From Lama glama (lineage: Eukaryota): 64,000 nucleotides of DNA. Position numbers and translations under genes: made by a program. The stretch lies in contig CM052819.1 in NCBI GenBank assembly GCA_028534125.1, positions 91,884,001 through 91,948,000 on the forward strand. The letters are read 5' to 3'. Shown here piece after piece: positions 1-12,290 of the stretch; within the stretch, counting starts at the first letter, position 1, and each line of letters starts with the position of its first letter. The notes beneath the pieces were generated by a model. That model ran no database searches. It was not told the DNA's origin and was given only the letters and a program-made list of their open reading frames with translations.

Positions 1-85
1 TGATAAATTATAAACAAACAAAAAAATCCAGTTAGAGCCATAAAGTATTAAGTGACCGTGGCTGGTATTGTCAACAGAATAGGTA

Positions 86-417
86 TGTTGCCGAGTCCAA
101 ACTCGCTCTGCTCGCTGCATCACAGGCCAATAAATCGGGAGACGAGGTGTTGGGGCAAGGAATAGTGACTTTATTTGGAAAGCCGGCAGACCGAGAGGAT
201 GGCAGACTAATGTCTTGGAGAACCATCCTGCTCTAGTCAGAATACAGGCTCCTTTTATACAAAGAAAGATTAAAAAAAAAAAAAACAAGGGAGGGGATGT
301 GGTTGGTTGTTGCAAACTTCTTGCTTCAGGCATTCTTTGTTCTTGCAGCCCTCCACCTGGGCCAGGTCATGGTGTCCCTGTAAACTTCCAACAAAACAAA
401 GGTTATTCTCTATTACA
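86..417 (-). mobile_element. ERV1-class solo LTR
   Basis: TG...CA termini (tgttgcc...tattaca), 4-bp TSD GGTA at 82-85 and 418-421, minus-strand AATAAA at 170-175, several CpGs retained. Confidence 0.85.
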
Positions 418-2339
418 GGTATATCCCTCAGAAATTCATCCCTTAACTGTTTACCCCTTTCACTCACACTAAACTATTAAAAAACTAATTCTTTATCAAA
501 TGTCTGTTAGTCATGAGGAACTTTGCCTAACCGTCTTTTACGTGGAAGAAAAAACAAATTGCATACTGCTAGAATATTAAAATGAATGAATTTTCTTTTA
601 ATTTACTACCTCTCTTATAGTCCCTTTTATGATCATGGCTTATATATTTTTCTTATACTTTTTGAAAAGCATTAGAGGAGCACTCACTTCAGAGAGCTGT
701 AATTTTAGCATCTCTTTGAGAGAGTAAAACATTGTATGCTAATAGCTACCTGTAGTCCCCCATTTCTTTGGATTCGCCACATATTTCTTATAAAGAAAAT
801 CCCTAAGGAGAGCAGTTACTTCTTAGCACTTTGTTTCTACAGACAATAAGAACATAATTCTTTTACTCTACCTTACTAATGCACAAGGACTTTAAATAAA
901 TAAAAACATCCTAAGCTTAAAGGAAAATATGAGGAAAAGAAGGAGGAAAAAGAAATCTAATTTACTTTCCTTTTATCACTCTGTTTTCTCTCTTCATTTA
1001 TTTTCTACAACAAATCTATTCCTCAACAATTGATAATAACACTTGAATTAACTGTCTCTCTCCAATCAAGGTGAGAAAATAATAGAATGCTCAGTTGTTT
1101 TTTATTTTCCGTTCCTAGAATCATCAACATTCTCTTCCTGAGAGAAGCAAGCAAGTCATTAATTAGTACAAACAGTGGTTACCCTGAAAATCAACAAGCT
1201 TCAAATGCGCAATCAAAGCCAGTCATCTACTGAGGCTACACCTATAATCAGGACAGAGCCATTGTGCATAGCAAGAAAGGAGTAAGTACAGCAGAAATTT
1301 GTCAGCCCGCAATAATCTAAGATTGCAGAGAAAAAACTCTTTTTTTAATCAAACCAACCCAGTCAGAGCAGCAAAATCAAAGCTACTGTATTATTTCAGT
1401 GATAAACAATCTGTAGAGTAATGTAGGGAAAGAGAGCTCAACCATTTCCCAAGATTCCCGTGTCCTGTGGATCCAGCCCAGGGTGTTTCAAAACAGCAGG
1501 AAGCATATTTGAGAAACGGTTCATCCCTTCGCTTTGCAGCACTAACCAATATAAAGCAGTACTCAAAACTATGTGTTTCTGTTCTGAAGCTTATTGCCTC
1601 CTATATTTTCCTTCTACAATTTGATTTTACCTGCATGGTAGATTTGTTTTATATTGAAACAGATCTGAAAAATTATAGAGGACTAAAAGCATCAAGTTTA
1701 TGAACTGTCTTGGATGGATTTGCCCTTGCTTCTTTTGAATAATAATAACAAGAGAACAGAAGATTCAGCTCAATAAAATAAAGCCTGCTAAGTTATATGA
1801 ACCCTCTCACCATTCGTATATCACCTGTATTTTATAAGCACAATATGACATCTGATTTTTTTTATTTATATAACAATCTTTTAAAATAATTTTGAAGTGT
1901 TATCTATGACAAGCAACATGATAGTCAATACTAGTTTAAGTTGGGAAAAAGCCATATGACCCATATATTCTTAAAATTATAATAGTAAAACTTGTGTGGA
2001 ATATGGGATAAAATGACAAAGAGGTTGGTTGTCTTTAGACCAAAAAAAAAAAAGTAGTTAAAATATAGAAATCTGCGCTAAATATTTTAGTATCTCTTGA
2101 ACAAATTACAAGGGTTTTCGGAAATGGGCAGAAATTTTTGTTTCCTTTACCTTCTGTCCTGTTTCTATTTTATAGCATGACCATCCACACTGACGTTGTA
2201 GCTGGTGTCCACCTTATGCTCCTTGTTGTTGAGAAACCCAATGGCTTCAGTCTCTCTTACATTCTCAGGAGATGTTCCTGGGAACATGGAGTAAACTTTG
2301 CAATGACTCTGACTCCTCCAGCATTTTACTCCATAATTA

Positions 2340-3170
2340 CCAAAATGCTCTATGTCTTCAGTCTCTTCTCTGACCTTTAACTTTTTTTTTTTCAATCAGA
2401 CTCTCCCCCAAGGATACTGATTTCCCTGCAGTCCTGTTACAAGTGGCTAATTTTTTTTTTTTTCCCACAGCCCTCTTCCCACGGGGCCTGGAGCTAGAAG
2501 CATCATCACTCCTCATTACCTCTTTTCAAATCATTCCCCTCCTGCCTCCCTACACTCAGCTTTAAATCTCATGTTATTAGACTACGTTACAATGATACTT
2601 CATTGCCACGGTCATTTACTGACACTGGATTGTTTTCCTTAATTTATGGCAACTTCAGACCTCCAATTTATACTCTTACCATTATAACTGGTTTTAATGA
2701 TGATCATTACAAAATGCACCTATAAAATATTTCCAAGTACTCTGGAGTCTCTTGATTTTTCTCCAAGAATTAATTTAATCTCAAAATTATGTCAGCTGTT
2801 CGCACCTCTGGTCATTCATTAGTTTTGTTGTCAGTGACAGTACGTATTTATATTAAAATTACCAATTCTACAATTCTTCTATGCTCCTAATTATGGGAAT
2901 TCACTGTTCATCAATTTTATATTCATCTAGAACACTGATTCCAGTAATTCTGCAACTCTATTTGGACCTCCAGTTTCTTGTCTTTGTCCCTCACCCTCTA
3001 AATACTTTTACTCCATTCCCTGGACCTCCTTTCTTTGCCTTGTTTTATTTTATTAGCTTGGGCAAAAAAACCACTTAGTATTTCTTTTGAACCTGCACAC
3101 ATGCCAGCAAAGCTGAAGGAGAAACCACAACCATGCTAATTCTGTTTAAAACAATTTAAAATATGATATA
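2340..3170 (+). mobile_element. Degenerate L2 LINE fragment
   Basis: Pyrimidine-rich decayed sequence resembling the L2 endonuclease region; recognised by eye. Confidence 0.5.
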
Positions 3171-3601
3171 TAGTGGGTGACAAATTTCATTTTCTCAGTG
3201 GGACAAATTTTTATTAAAAATTACTTCAAATATTCAGGCCCCTTATGTACACACACACACAAGATTTCAAATTATACTTGTGTTAATTCATGACTAGGTT
3301 TGCAGAACCCTGAAAATGGCGCAGCTTCTGTGGTACAGCATGAAGAGTAAGCCACCCATAGACTTCTGGATCAGGGGCACTTTCCAGGGCTCCATTTCCA
3401 TCAGAAAGGATTCTTAATACCTTTCTATTTTCCATTGTAATCTGCTTAAATGCCTCAATTTAATTCTGAATATAATTTTTTTAAAATTTCTTAACATGTA
3501 CTTAATTCTCTAAGTAGTCTTTCTCAATCACCCCTCTCTCAGAGTTAAATCCTCCACCTTTTTACCCTCAATTTACTTCATTTCCCCCAATTTATGAATT
3601 T

Positions 3602-3708
3602 TATATATATATACACACACACACATATACATATACACACACACACACACACACACATATAAATTTATTATGTATGTGTGTGTGGCGTGGGGGTGTGTGT
3701 GTGTGTGT
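3602..3708. repeat. Compound (TA)n/(CA)n...(TG)n microsatellite
   Basis: Directly visible dinucleotide tracts. Confidence 0.95.
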
Positions 3709-5196
3709 TAGATGTGTGGACATAATTCCACATTGCCTAGATTTTGAATTACTTAACCAAACTGGTACTTGGTCTTTGCATCCCTGTGCCTTGTAACTAT
3801 TTAAATCAACGCTTCAATATATTGAATAAAAAATTATAAGGCTAGACCCCCAAAATTTCATTTCCACTTTTGTGGTTTTACTTTTGCTCATTTGCATGGA
3901 AATATCACTGTTGCCTAGTCTATCAAGTTTATTCTCTATGACACTTTTCCTGTCAATTCTAATCCGTTCTGATTTCTTTTCTTTCTGAAATATTGCAATA
4001 CTTAATCTACATGAAAACTTAGCATAAATAATAGAAAACAGACAATATTATCTGTCAGAGGATATTATCCTTTTTTCAACATGGATGCTGGCAACTGATA
4101 AGAGCTCTCCCTACATCCTTTCAAGATGTTTCCTCATCCCAATATATGTTTAAAAATGGAGAAAAATGACCATGCAACAAATTGTGTAGGCTATCCTAAT
4201 TGGGTATGAATTCACAACCTGGGTTCAAAACTTCCTCTTACTCTTAAGAACAGATTGGTTAGAAGAAAATATTTTGTTGCAGTATTATTTCAGAAGCACC
4301 CAATCTTTTTCAAGTCCAGTGTAGTTTACTTCATTATTTCCTCAACACTTGGATGCTATTTAATCTTGTATCTCTTCCACCCTCACAAAGGCATAAAAAA
4401 AAGACAGGATGTATTTCATTGCTTAGGACAATTATCTAATTTTCTTTACTCCTATCTTGACTTTTAAACCTTTAAAAATAGGATTTCTGTAATTTTGGAG
4501 GGGTGTCTATTGCTTTTAATCCCATAAGAACCTATTTTATTTATTTTTCTGTGTTTATTCCAAAATTATAGTCTTCCTTCCACACTCATAGGATATTTAT
4601 TTGTTTTGCCTTTTGATAAGAGAAGCAACACTCCAATCAGATGTTATTTTTAACAAGAAAGCCTAGAATTTCTCACTATAACAAGACCCTAAATAACAAA
4701 GTATAATGGCTATTTCAAAATAATTTTCCAGTAATTTATAGTTGAAAAACTCAGCCTTTCTCTTCCCACAGATTTCTCCTCTGTCTCCAGATTTTGTCTA
4801 ATATCTAAAGCACAGTGGGAAAAAACAGCCCTCTGATCATTTCAGAGGCCATAATCACTTGCAGAAGAACTGATCCCTGAACTCAGGCCTTAGCAGGTAA
4901 AGAGAAAAGGCAATCTGTTCATTTTTAAAGGCAAAAATATAATCATAATTTTTATGTGCTTTTCCCCCTTTACTGCAATTTCGCATGTAATATGCTAGTA
5001 ATATCAGTGGGACGGGTACACTTTATGGAGTGGAAGATCTTATTTTATTTTTTTATTTTCCCATAATGTTCCTTCTGTTACTAACCTCTGATGTTATTAA
5101 ATCCCACTGTGATATTTTTCTTGCAATAGAGCCTCTGAAAAGTACAATTCTTCAGAAATTTCATTAAGGCAGCCCGTGAACTGCCTCCTGACTTAC

Positions 5197-5253
5197 TCCT
5201 GCGTGAGCGGTGTTACTCTCCGCCTCTCTCCTGGCGTTCACCCGCCGTAATGT
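5197..5253 (-). other. Candidate 57-nt internal exon
   Basis: Minus strand reads ctgatttctttcctcag|ACATTACGG...CGCAGGA|gtaagt; 6 CpGs in 57 nt; one open frame (TLRRVNARREAESNTAHAG). Confidence 0.4.
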
Positions 5254-5904
5254 CTGAGGAAAGAAATCAGATCGGCAATTTTCTGGGCAGTGAGAAGGGG
5301 ATTTCTATTTTCCAAGAGCCTAAAATCCTAAGTATTATTTACACAGTTTGAATTAATATAGGTTACCAGCAGATAAGATTTCAAAGGTTTTTATGACTGT
5401 GGGGAGTAATGGACAATTTTTTAGACTTAAAAAAAAAAAGACCTGTCATGACTGCTGTGTTCCACAATGGAACTGAGAAATAAACGATGTCTTTGCTTTA
5501 TCTACCCACTTTTGGGGAAAAAAGGATTTGATGTGTTGTTTTTGAAAGACCATCTTTACAAAATAAACGTATGAGTCACTGCTGATTTTACTTTATAAAA
5601 GAAATACACCTCCAGGGTTAAAATATGATGTTTCCCTTCTTAGCTACTCCCCAATTTTTCTGTTCTCTGAAGTCAGAAGTCTAAGTCAAGGATATACAAC
5701 GAGTCTGCTTAATTGCTTACTTCAAAATGAACTTTTTAATTTTTTTTCCCCTCACGTGTCCTTTTGGTTATTGTTTGTTTTCTAAGGTTATGGTTTGTGA
5801 CTATTCCAACATCCAGTTTCCCTTTGACCATTCTACTAGCCTAATTAGTTGGCACTCGACCCTGCTCACAGACCCCTTGTTCTCCACTGCTAACTGGATA
5901 ATGG

Positions 5905-6165
5905 GATCTGTGAGATCCCCCCTTATGGGTGGCTTGTGTCTGTCTTCTCTCGGTGTCTTCGCATGGTTTTCCCTGGGTACCTCCAGATTTTCTCTTCTTA
6001 TGAGGACATCAGTCATATTGGATTGGAGCCCACCCTAATGACCTCATTTTAACTTAATCACCTCTTTAAAATCCTGTGTCTGAATGCAGTCACAATCTGT
6101 GGTACTAGGACTAGGGCTAGGACTTTATCATACGAATTTTAGGAGGATACAATGCTTTCCGTAAG
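5905..6165 (-). mobile_element. MaLR LTR fragment (MLT1B/C-like)
   Basis: tcttcttatgaggacatcagtcatattggattggagcccaccctaatgacctcattttaacttaatcacctct, a typical MLT1 motif. Confidence 0.8.
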
Positions 6166-6852
6166 TGTCCAACACCGTTCTGCTTTGGCTTTTCTACAGA
6201 AATGTTTATCTGCTATTGTATTCATGACACACCCTCCAGGTTCCTAATATTCCAGTTTTCCCATATCTGATTTCCCCATTTATGCTATCATTACCACCTC
6301 TTAGTAAATAAATTGTAAAAAATTGGTGCACTGGGGAAGGGACAGGTAAGGATTACCTAATAACTTATAGCTTAGAACTTTTCAAATGATTCAACTTTAT
6401 ATCTTTATGATTTTATCATTAACAAAAATCTACAGTGAACATGTTATACATATTATGAAATATTATATTTTTCACATTTAAACCCTGAAGAGTATGTAAA
6501 TTGCCCCATTATATGACATTTTATGATTAATTTATTTGATTGAAAGCAAAAATTTGTCGTCAGACAGGACCTATAGTATGAGAAATTTTATGAGCTGTGC
6601 AGATTCCAACAAGAGATAGAATAAATCAATTGTTTAATCAGCTTGTAATAAACTCAGAAAGAATACTAAATATGACTTCCTTTAATATAAGCAATTTGAC
6701 AATAGGACAATGCCATTAAAATAAAAAAAGGTATAAAACAACAGCACAGAGCTAATGAAGGCCCAGTGTGATACAAACTGCCAATTTAGAAGGCACTGAG
6801 AACAGTCAAAATATGAAATCAGAGCAGAGGTAAGAAAAGCAAAGCCACATTA

Positions 6853-7304
6853 TTTATTAGCTTCTTATGACACTAACAAATTGCCAGCAACTTGACTTAC
6901 ATAAGGCAAATTTATTTTCTTTAGTTCTGGGGGTGAGAAGTCCGAAAAAAGTATAAATAGACCAGATCTGGTCCTCACTGGAGGCTCCAGGGGAGAACCC
7001 ATCCCTTGCTGGCTTTTAGAGGCAGCTGGCATCCCTTAGTTTGTGGCCACATCACTCCCATTCCTGCTGCTTGCCTCTCATTGCCTTCTTCCTCTTCTCT
7101 GGTCCCGTATTTCTCTGCTTCTCTCTTATAAGAACACTTGTAATTATATTTAGGGCCCATGGGATAATCCAGGATAATCTCCTCCTCTCGAAATCCTTAA
7201 CTTTATTCCATCAGCAAATCTCCTTCTGCCACATAAGGCAACATTCACAGGCTCCAGGACTGGGAGTGGGAAATCTTTGGGGACCGTTATTACTACAACC
7301 TACA
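6853..7304 (-). mobile_element. MaLR LTR (MLT1D-like)
   Basis: ttctgggggtgagaagtcc ... tagggccca..ggataatccaggataatctcc ... aatccttaact ... cacaggctccagg motifs. Confidence 0.8.
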
Positions 7305-9464
7305 ATGCCCTTCAATTTCTTGAGTGTGACTTCTGGAATACTTAACATGTATCAACCTGCAGTACCTAAAACAGCATTTTGGGAGCAGTGTTAGCGTGTC
7401 AAATTAAGGACTATAACTAAGTTTATGTAGAAAGCTCTGGACTTTCTGAAGAATACAAAGAAGGGTTGCAAGTATGGCTATTTCTCACCCAGATTAGTTC
7501 TATTTCACACTTTAATTGTCTAATGTCTATATAGAGAGCCATAGGCCTTGCTGGTTATTCATGAACATATTTAAAAGTCTTATAGATCCCAAAACATAAA
7601 TAGCTTCCATTGAATTTGCAAATCTTTTTGAGATTAAATTTGCTTCTGTATAATTAGTCCTATCTTGTGGGTTATCTTATTAGGTATGTATCTGGGCAGT
7701 ATACTATCTTGTCATGTGCTTAGATACGCCAATTTAAAACAATTTTCTGGTTCTTTTAGATATATTCACCTCGTTACTATAGCTAGATTGAAAACTCCTT
7801 AAGGAAATTGGGCCACTTCAAATGTGTTCTGTGGGTGCAGTACCCTCTAGTCATTCTTAAAGACGTCCTTGAGGATCAACCCCTGCCCCTGCAGAGCTGA
7901 GAGAGCTTTCTCCTCTATTTGAATTTAATTTGTGTTTCAGTGACACACAGAATTCACCTACCCCCTTTTTATGATGCCAACTTAGGGGTTCAGACCATTG
8001 AAGGATATTTTAAATCAGCATTCCCCAACTTTTTCCCTAAGGACACTCACTCACATATAACAAACATTTTTTATCATCCAAGACAACATAAGGACAGTAT
8101 AATAATATGCTTATGAAATAAAATATATTTAATGCATAATTTTGTTTTGTTTTCATTTTAACATGTCCATCCAAGTATGAATTTAGTATAAACCAATAAT
8201 TCATATCAGCCAAGTCTGTTCTGACTAGTCAGTTGCCTGCACTAGACCCATATGTATGATGAGCACCATTCCTAGTGTTCATTTAATTTTGGGAGGTCAT
8301 TAAATGTTCCTCCTTTTGTTTTCCCTAAAAAGTTGGTAATATTAGGATTTTGGGTGTTTTATGTAGTTTTGTAATACAGCCATACTCATCGCAATAAACA
8401 TTTGACAACTTTAGGTTAATGTTAGTCTCTCTAAATATTAGTCTATCTATTTATTTGCTTATTCTATATTTATGCAATTATTATTACTTATTAAAATTTT
8501 ATAGCTCAGAAAATCCAAAAACCAGCTGACAGATGAGTTGATTCTTTGTAGACAGATCCTCCTCAACAAAAGTTTAAACTGAGGTTTTCATTCACTAGAT
8601 AAAGCAGTTAATTTTATTTTATCAATGAAGGACTTCTGAAAGGATGATTTTACCAGAGACCAAAATATTATTAATATATTGTTTTTTAATTGTATGTTGC
8701 TTTAGGTAGTAAATGAGACAAAAAACATTTTATCTCAATTCCTTTGTAAAATCTATAATGTACAGAATTTGAAGAAGGAAATAAGCCAAGGAACAAGATT
8801 AAAATAAACTCATAAAACTGAAAGAAGCTCGAGATAAAACCTGAAATACTCTGCACACGTTTATAAACACATTGCTTTAAAAGGTGATGGCAAATGTGTT
8901 AAATGTGATAGACAGTGAAGGATGATGAACAGTGTGTTAAACTCAGCCTTCAGATACTTACAAGAATAGCTATGCTAGAGGAGTTTAAGATATAGTTTTT
9001 GGTGTGTTAAAATATAAACTTTAGAATCCTGAGATCTTACAGTTAGTAAAAATCCCAAAAGCCCTTTAGCCAAATTCTATTACCTGTATAAATAGCTCCA
9101 CATGTCCCTGACCACTTGTCATCATATTCTGTTTGGAACTTGCAGGATCAGAATGCTGTCTACCTCATCCTGTTGTTACTGTGAGAAGCCTCCAGTGTTC
9201 TGGTCTCCCTAAAACGGAACACGGTTCCTCATCTGTTAATTTTACTTCTTGCTCTTGGCCAGTAAGACTGCCTAACCTCTTTTTTCAAAATAAAATAAAA
9301 ATTTAAATACCTTAAACATCATCAGGTCTCATGTTAGTTCTCTCCACGCAGTGACAATATTCACTTTATCCTGCTTTGAGTCTTGAAGGTTAATCTCTTA
9401 CCTTCAGACACACAAAGAACGGAGAGAAATATTTTCTTAAATCTCTTTTAATAATTAATCTTAG

Positions 9465-10045
9465 GGTTTTTGTAATTGAAAAAAATTTATATACAAAAAA
9501 TGCCCAGATCTTAAATATAGAGTTTGCTAAGTTGTGACTTACGTGCATCATGGAAATGTTACAGAAACGACAGGCCAGTCAAGAAACAAGCACCACACGG
9601 AGGGTTGGAGTACTCAGATGTATTACGCCGGCGGGCTCAGAGGGGCTTCTGCTCCGAAGCTCTGAGCACCTCCAAGACGTGCCCATGAGGGTGAAGTACA
9701 AGCTTGGGGTATTCGGCCAATAGGCATGGAACAGCTTTAGCAGCATTATCATCACAAAAGTGGAGGCGGGGAGGCAGCAAACCAACATTCCTAAGCCAGG
9801 TATGTATCTTTGAAAATCCAGCTGGCTAGCAAAAAACATGAACAGCAAACCAACACTAATTAACCTAGATTTACAAGTTAGTCTAGCAGAACTCAGATCA
9901 GTATTCCAATATTTAGATTTGTGAGTTATCTTGCTAGCCCAGCCCAGCCTCTCCTTCACATTCCTAGACTTGTGAGTTATCTTGTTAGCCCAGCCCGGCT
10001 TTTCCTTCACATAACCACCAACCCCAAACAAGATGTGGAATATTT
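9465..10045 (-). mobile_element. Old L1M 3' fragment interrupted by an LTR
   Basis: cagatcttaaatatagagtttg...catcatg resumes after the LTR as taaccaccaaccccaaacaagatgtggaatattt. Confidence 0.55.
9557..10011 (-). mobile_element. ERV1-class solo LTR, CpG-rich, with duplicated U3 terminus
   Basis: tgttac...ccttcaca termini; 47-bp direct repeat at 9914-9960 and 9965-10011; no clean TSD seen. Confidence 0.75.
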
Positions 10046-10251
10046 GCTTTGCTCTGCAAAGTTCCTTCGTGTATCACTTTCCAGCTGCTTCGTATACCTA
10101 AGAGGCAAACTTTCATCTGTTCTCTGTCATCAGGAATTAGATTAAAGAGGTAATAATTTGGCATCTGACAGGAAGAGAGGAAAAACAAAAAAATTTGTAA
10201 TTGATGAAGATATGTCATTGTGAAAATTCCACAGAAAATATCAAAAGGTGA

Positions 10252-10712
10252 TGTGAACGAAAAACACTGCAAACCCTATCAGCAAACAAAGAATGCTGAA
10301 GCCATCAAGTCATCAGTGGCTGCTGCCACCCGCCACTGAAGACAAGCCTGCAGCCCGGCCTCTGTAGCCACTCACAATGGTGCACCCCGAGGGGACTCAG
10401 AATAAGAAAGGACAAGATACTGGCCCTAGATAGCTAGGTGCTTGTCAAAGGGATGAATTCAGTGAGCCCAAATGTTTGCTTCCTCCCTACATAGAAAAGC
10501 GCTAAATTCTTTAACTTGAGATGCCTGGTTTTGTTTAGTTAACAAGTAATCTTTAATGTTCTGACTACCTGGTCTTTGTTGTTAAACTCCTATATATTCT
10601 AGCTCCTCCCCTACCTCTTTGGAGCAGGCCTTCAGAGCGACCTGAGAGGCTGTCATCCTGGGCTGAGTCCTCAGAATTGTCCGCATAGGTTGTGCATTTA
10701 TTTCAGTCAATA
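10252..10712 (+). mobile_element. ERV1-class solo LTR, copy A
   Basis: Starts tgtgaacgaaaaacactgc, ends tttcagtcaata; collinear with 11290-11760; TATATA at 10591; AATAAA segment missing. Confidence 0.85.
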
Positions 10713-11194
10713 ATGGTTTCAGAAATAAAAAGCAAACAAACACCACCTCCTCTGGGTTTTTCTTACGAAGAGTAAGCCACATCGATGGAACAATTAATTT
10801 TTCCTAAGATGGATTTGTGATTTTTGATTGCCATGCCATTAAAAAAAAAAGGAGTTCGACAGGAGTGCCTGATTTTGCTTTCCTGTTAGCACTAACCATT
10901 GCTTCATGTCAACTTTTTCTTTCTTCACAGCTTTAATCACAAGATGACTGGTGCCTTGGTCACTGTCTTTGTGCAATGCCTTTGTTTATCTGTCACTGTA
11001 CATATATATTAAGGTATTTACCCTAAATTTAGTGAAGATTTTACCCTGTATGTTGCATTTCCAAAGTGCTTGTGGTATATTTCTAGATGGCTCAGTCAGG
11101 AGGCTGAGCTATGATGGTGATAAAAGGGCAAGGGAACAATGTCCCTCCATGATGCTTCCCTCAGTAAAGTGTCTCCTGTGAACTAAAACTCTAG

Positions 11195-12290
11195 TCGATT
11201 TTCATTTCCTGTCTCTCAAATCCTCTAACTGTAGTTCATCTGGACCAACATCATCCTCATTTGAACCTTCTCACTTGAAATATTGCAACTGAGAATGAAA
11301 AATACTGCATAAGTAAGCAAACAATGCTGAAACCATCAAGTCATCAGGGGCTGCCACCACCCCCCAGTGAAGACAAGCCTGCGGCCTGGCCTCTGCAGCC
11401 ACTCACAATGGTGCACCCTGAGGGGGACTCAGAATAAGAAAGGACAGTACTCTGGCCCTAGATAGCTAGTGCTTGTCAAAGGAATGAATTCAATGAGCCC
11501 AAATGTTTGCTTCCTCCCATACATAGAAAAGCACTAAATTCTTTAACTTGAGATGCCTGGTTTTCTTTAGATAACAAGTAATCTTTTAATGTTCCAACTA
11601 CCTGGTCTTTGTTGTAAAGCTCTTGTATATCCTAGCTCCTCCCCTACCTCTTCAGAGCAGTTCCTTGGAGCGATCTCGAGGCTGTCATCCCGGCTTGAGT
11701 CCTCCCACCAAATAAAACATAACTCTGAACATTTAAGCTGCCCATTTATTTCATTCGACACAACAGTCTCCCAGCAACCAATGTCCCCAATGGATGATGA
11801 CTTTTCTCTAATCTAAACATGGCACTTCTGTTTAAAATCCTTTAGTGACATCTTTTTAGTAAAATGATGATCACATTCCTAGCCCCCTGCTTTCTCTGAT
11901 TGCACAATCTTTATCCTTCTCTTCATCCCAATCCTTTGACCAAATTACAATCCCTCCTATCATAGGGTTTCTGCACATGCTTTTCCTTCTTCCTTTCCCA
12001 TGCCATCATGTTAATCCTATACTTCTTTCAGATAAGAGCTTAATAAATTAATACTTCCAAGTTTTCTCTAAGTCAAGTATCCTTATTTCAAGACCCATCT
12101 GTAGAACCCTCTTTGTTATACCAATGGTTGCAGTTGGTATTTTATTGTCATTTAATCACTTGATGCGTAGCCATCCCCCATCCACCTAAAGAAAGAGACC
12201 AAATTGTATGATTCATTTATCCCACTACCTGGCACAAGATCCAGTATGTAGTAGGAAGTTAATCAATGTTTATTGAATTAATTAATAAGC
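11195..12290 (+). mobile_element. L2 3' region split by LTR copy B
   Basis: tcacttgaaatattgcaac|agtctccc joins across the LTR; L2 tail cctggcac...gtaggaagttaatcaatgtttattgaatta. Confidence 0.65.
11290..11760 (+). mobile_element. ERV1-class solo LTR, copy B
   Basis: tgagaatg...ttcgaca termini, 4-bp TSD CAAC (11286-11289 and 11761-11764), AATAAA at 11711. Confidence 0.9.

Noticed and set aside
9579-10031. Longest ORF (150 aa) with an internal peptide repeat
   Set aside because: Lies in a solo LTR; the peptide repeat just reflects the 51-bp-period DNA duplication; no domain recognised
10252-11760. Internally deleted provirus or TRIM-like element
   Set aside because: The second LTR has its own TSD and interrupts an L2; the spacer shows no PBS or PPT
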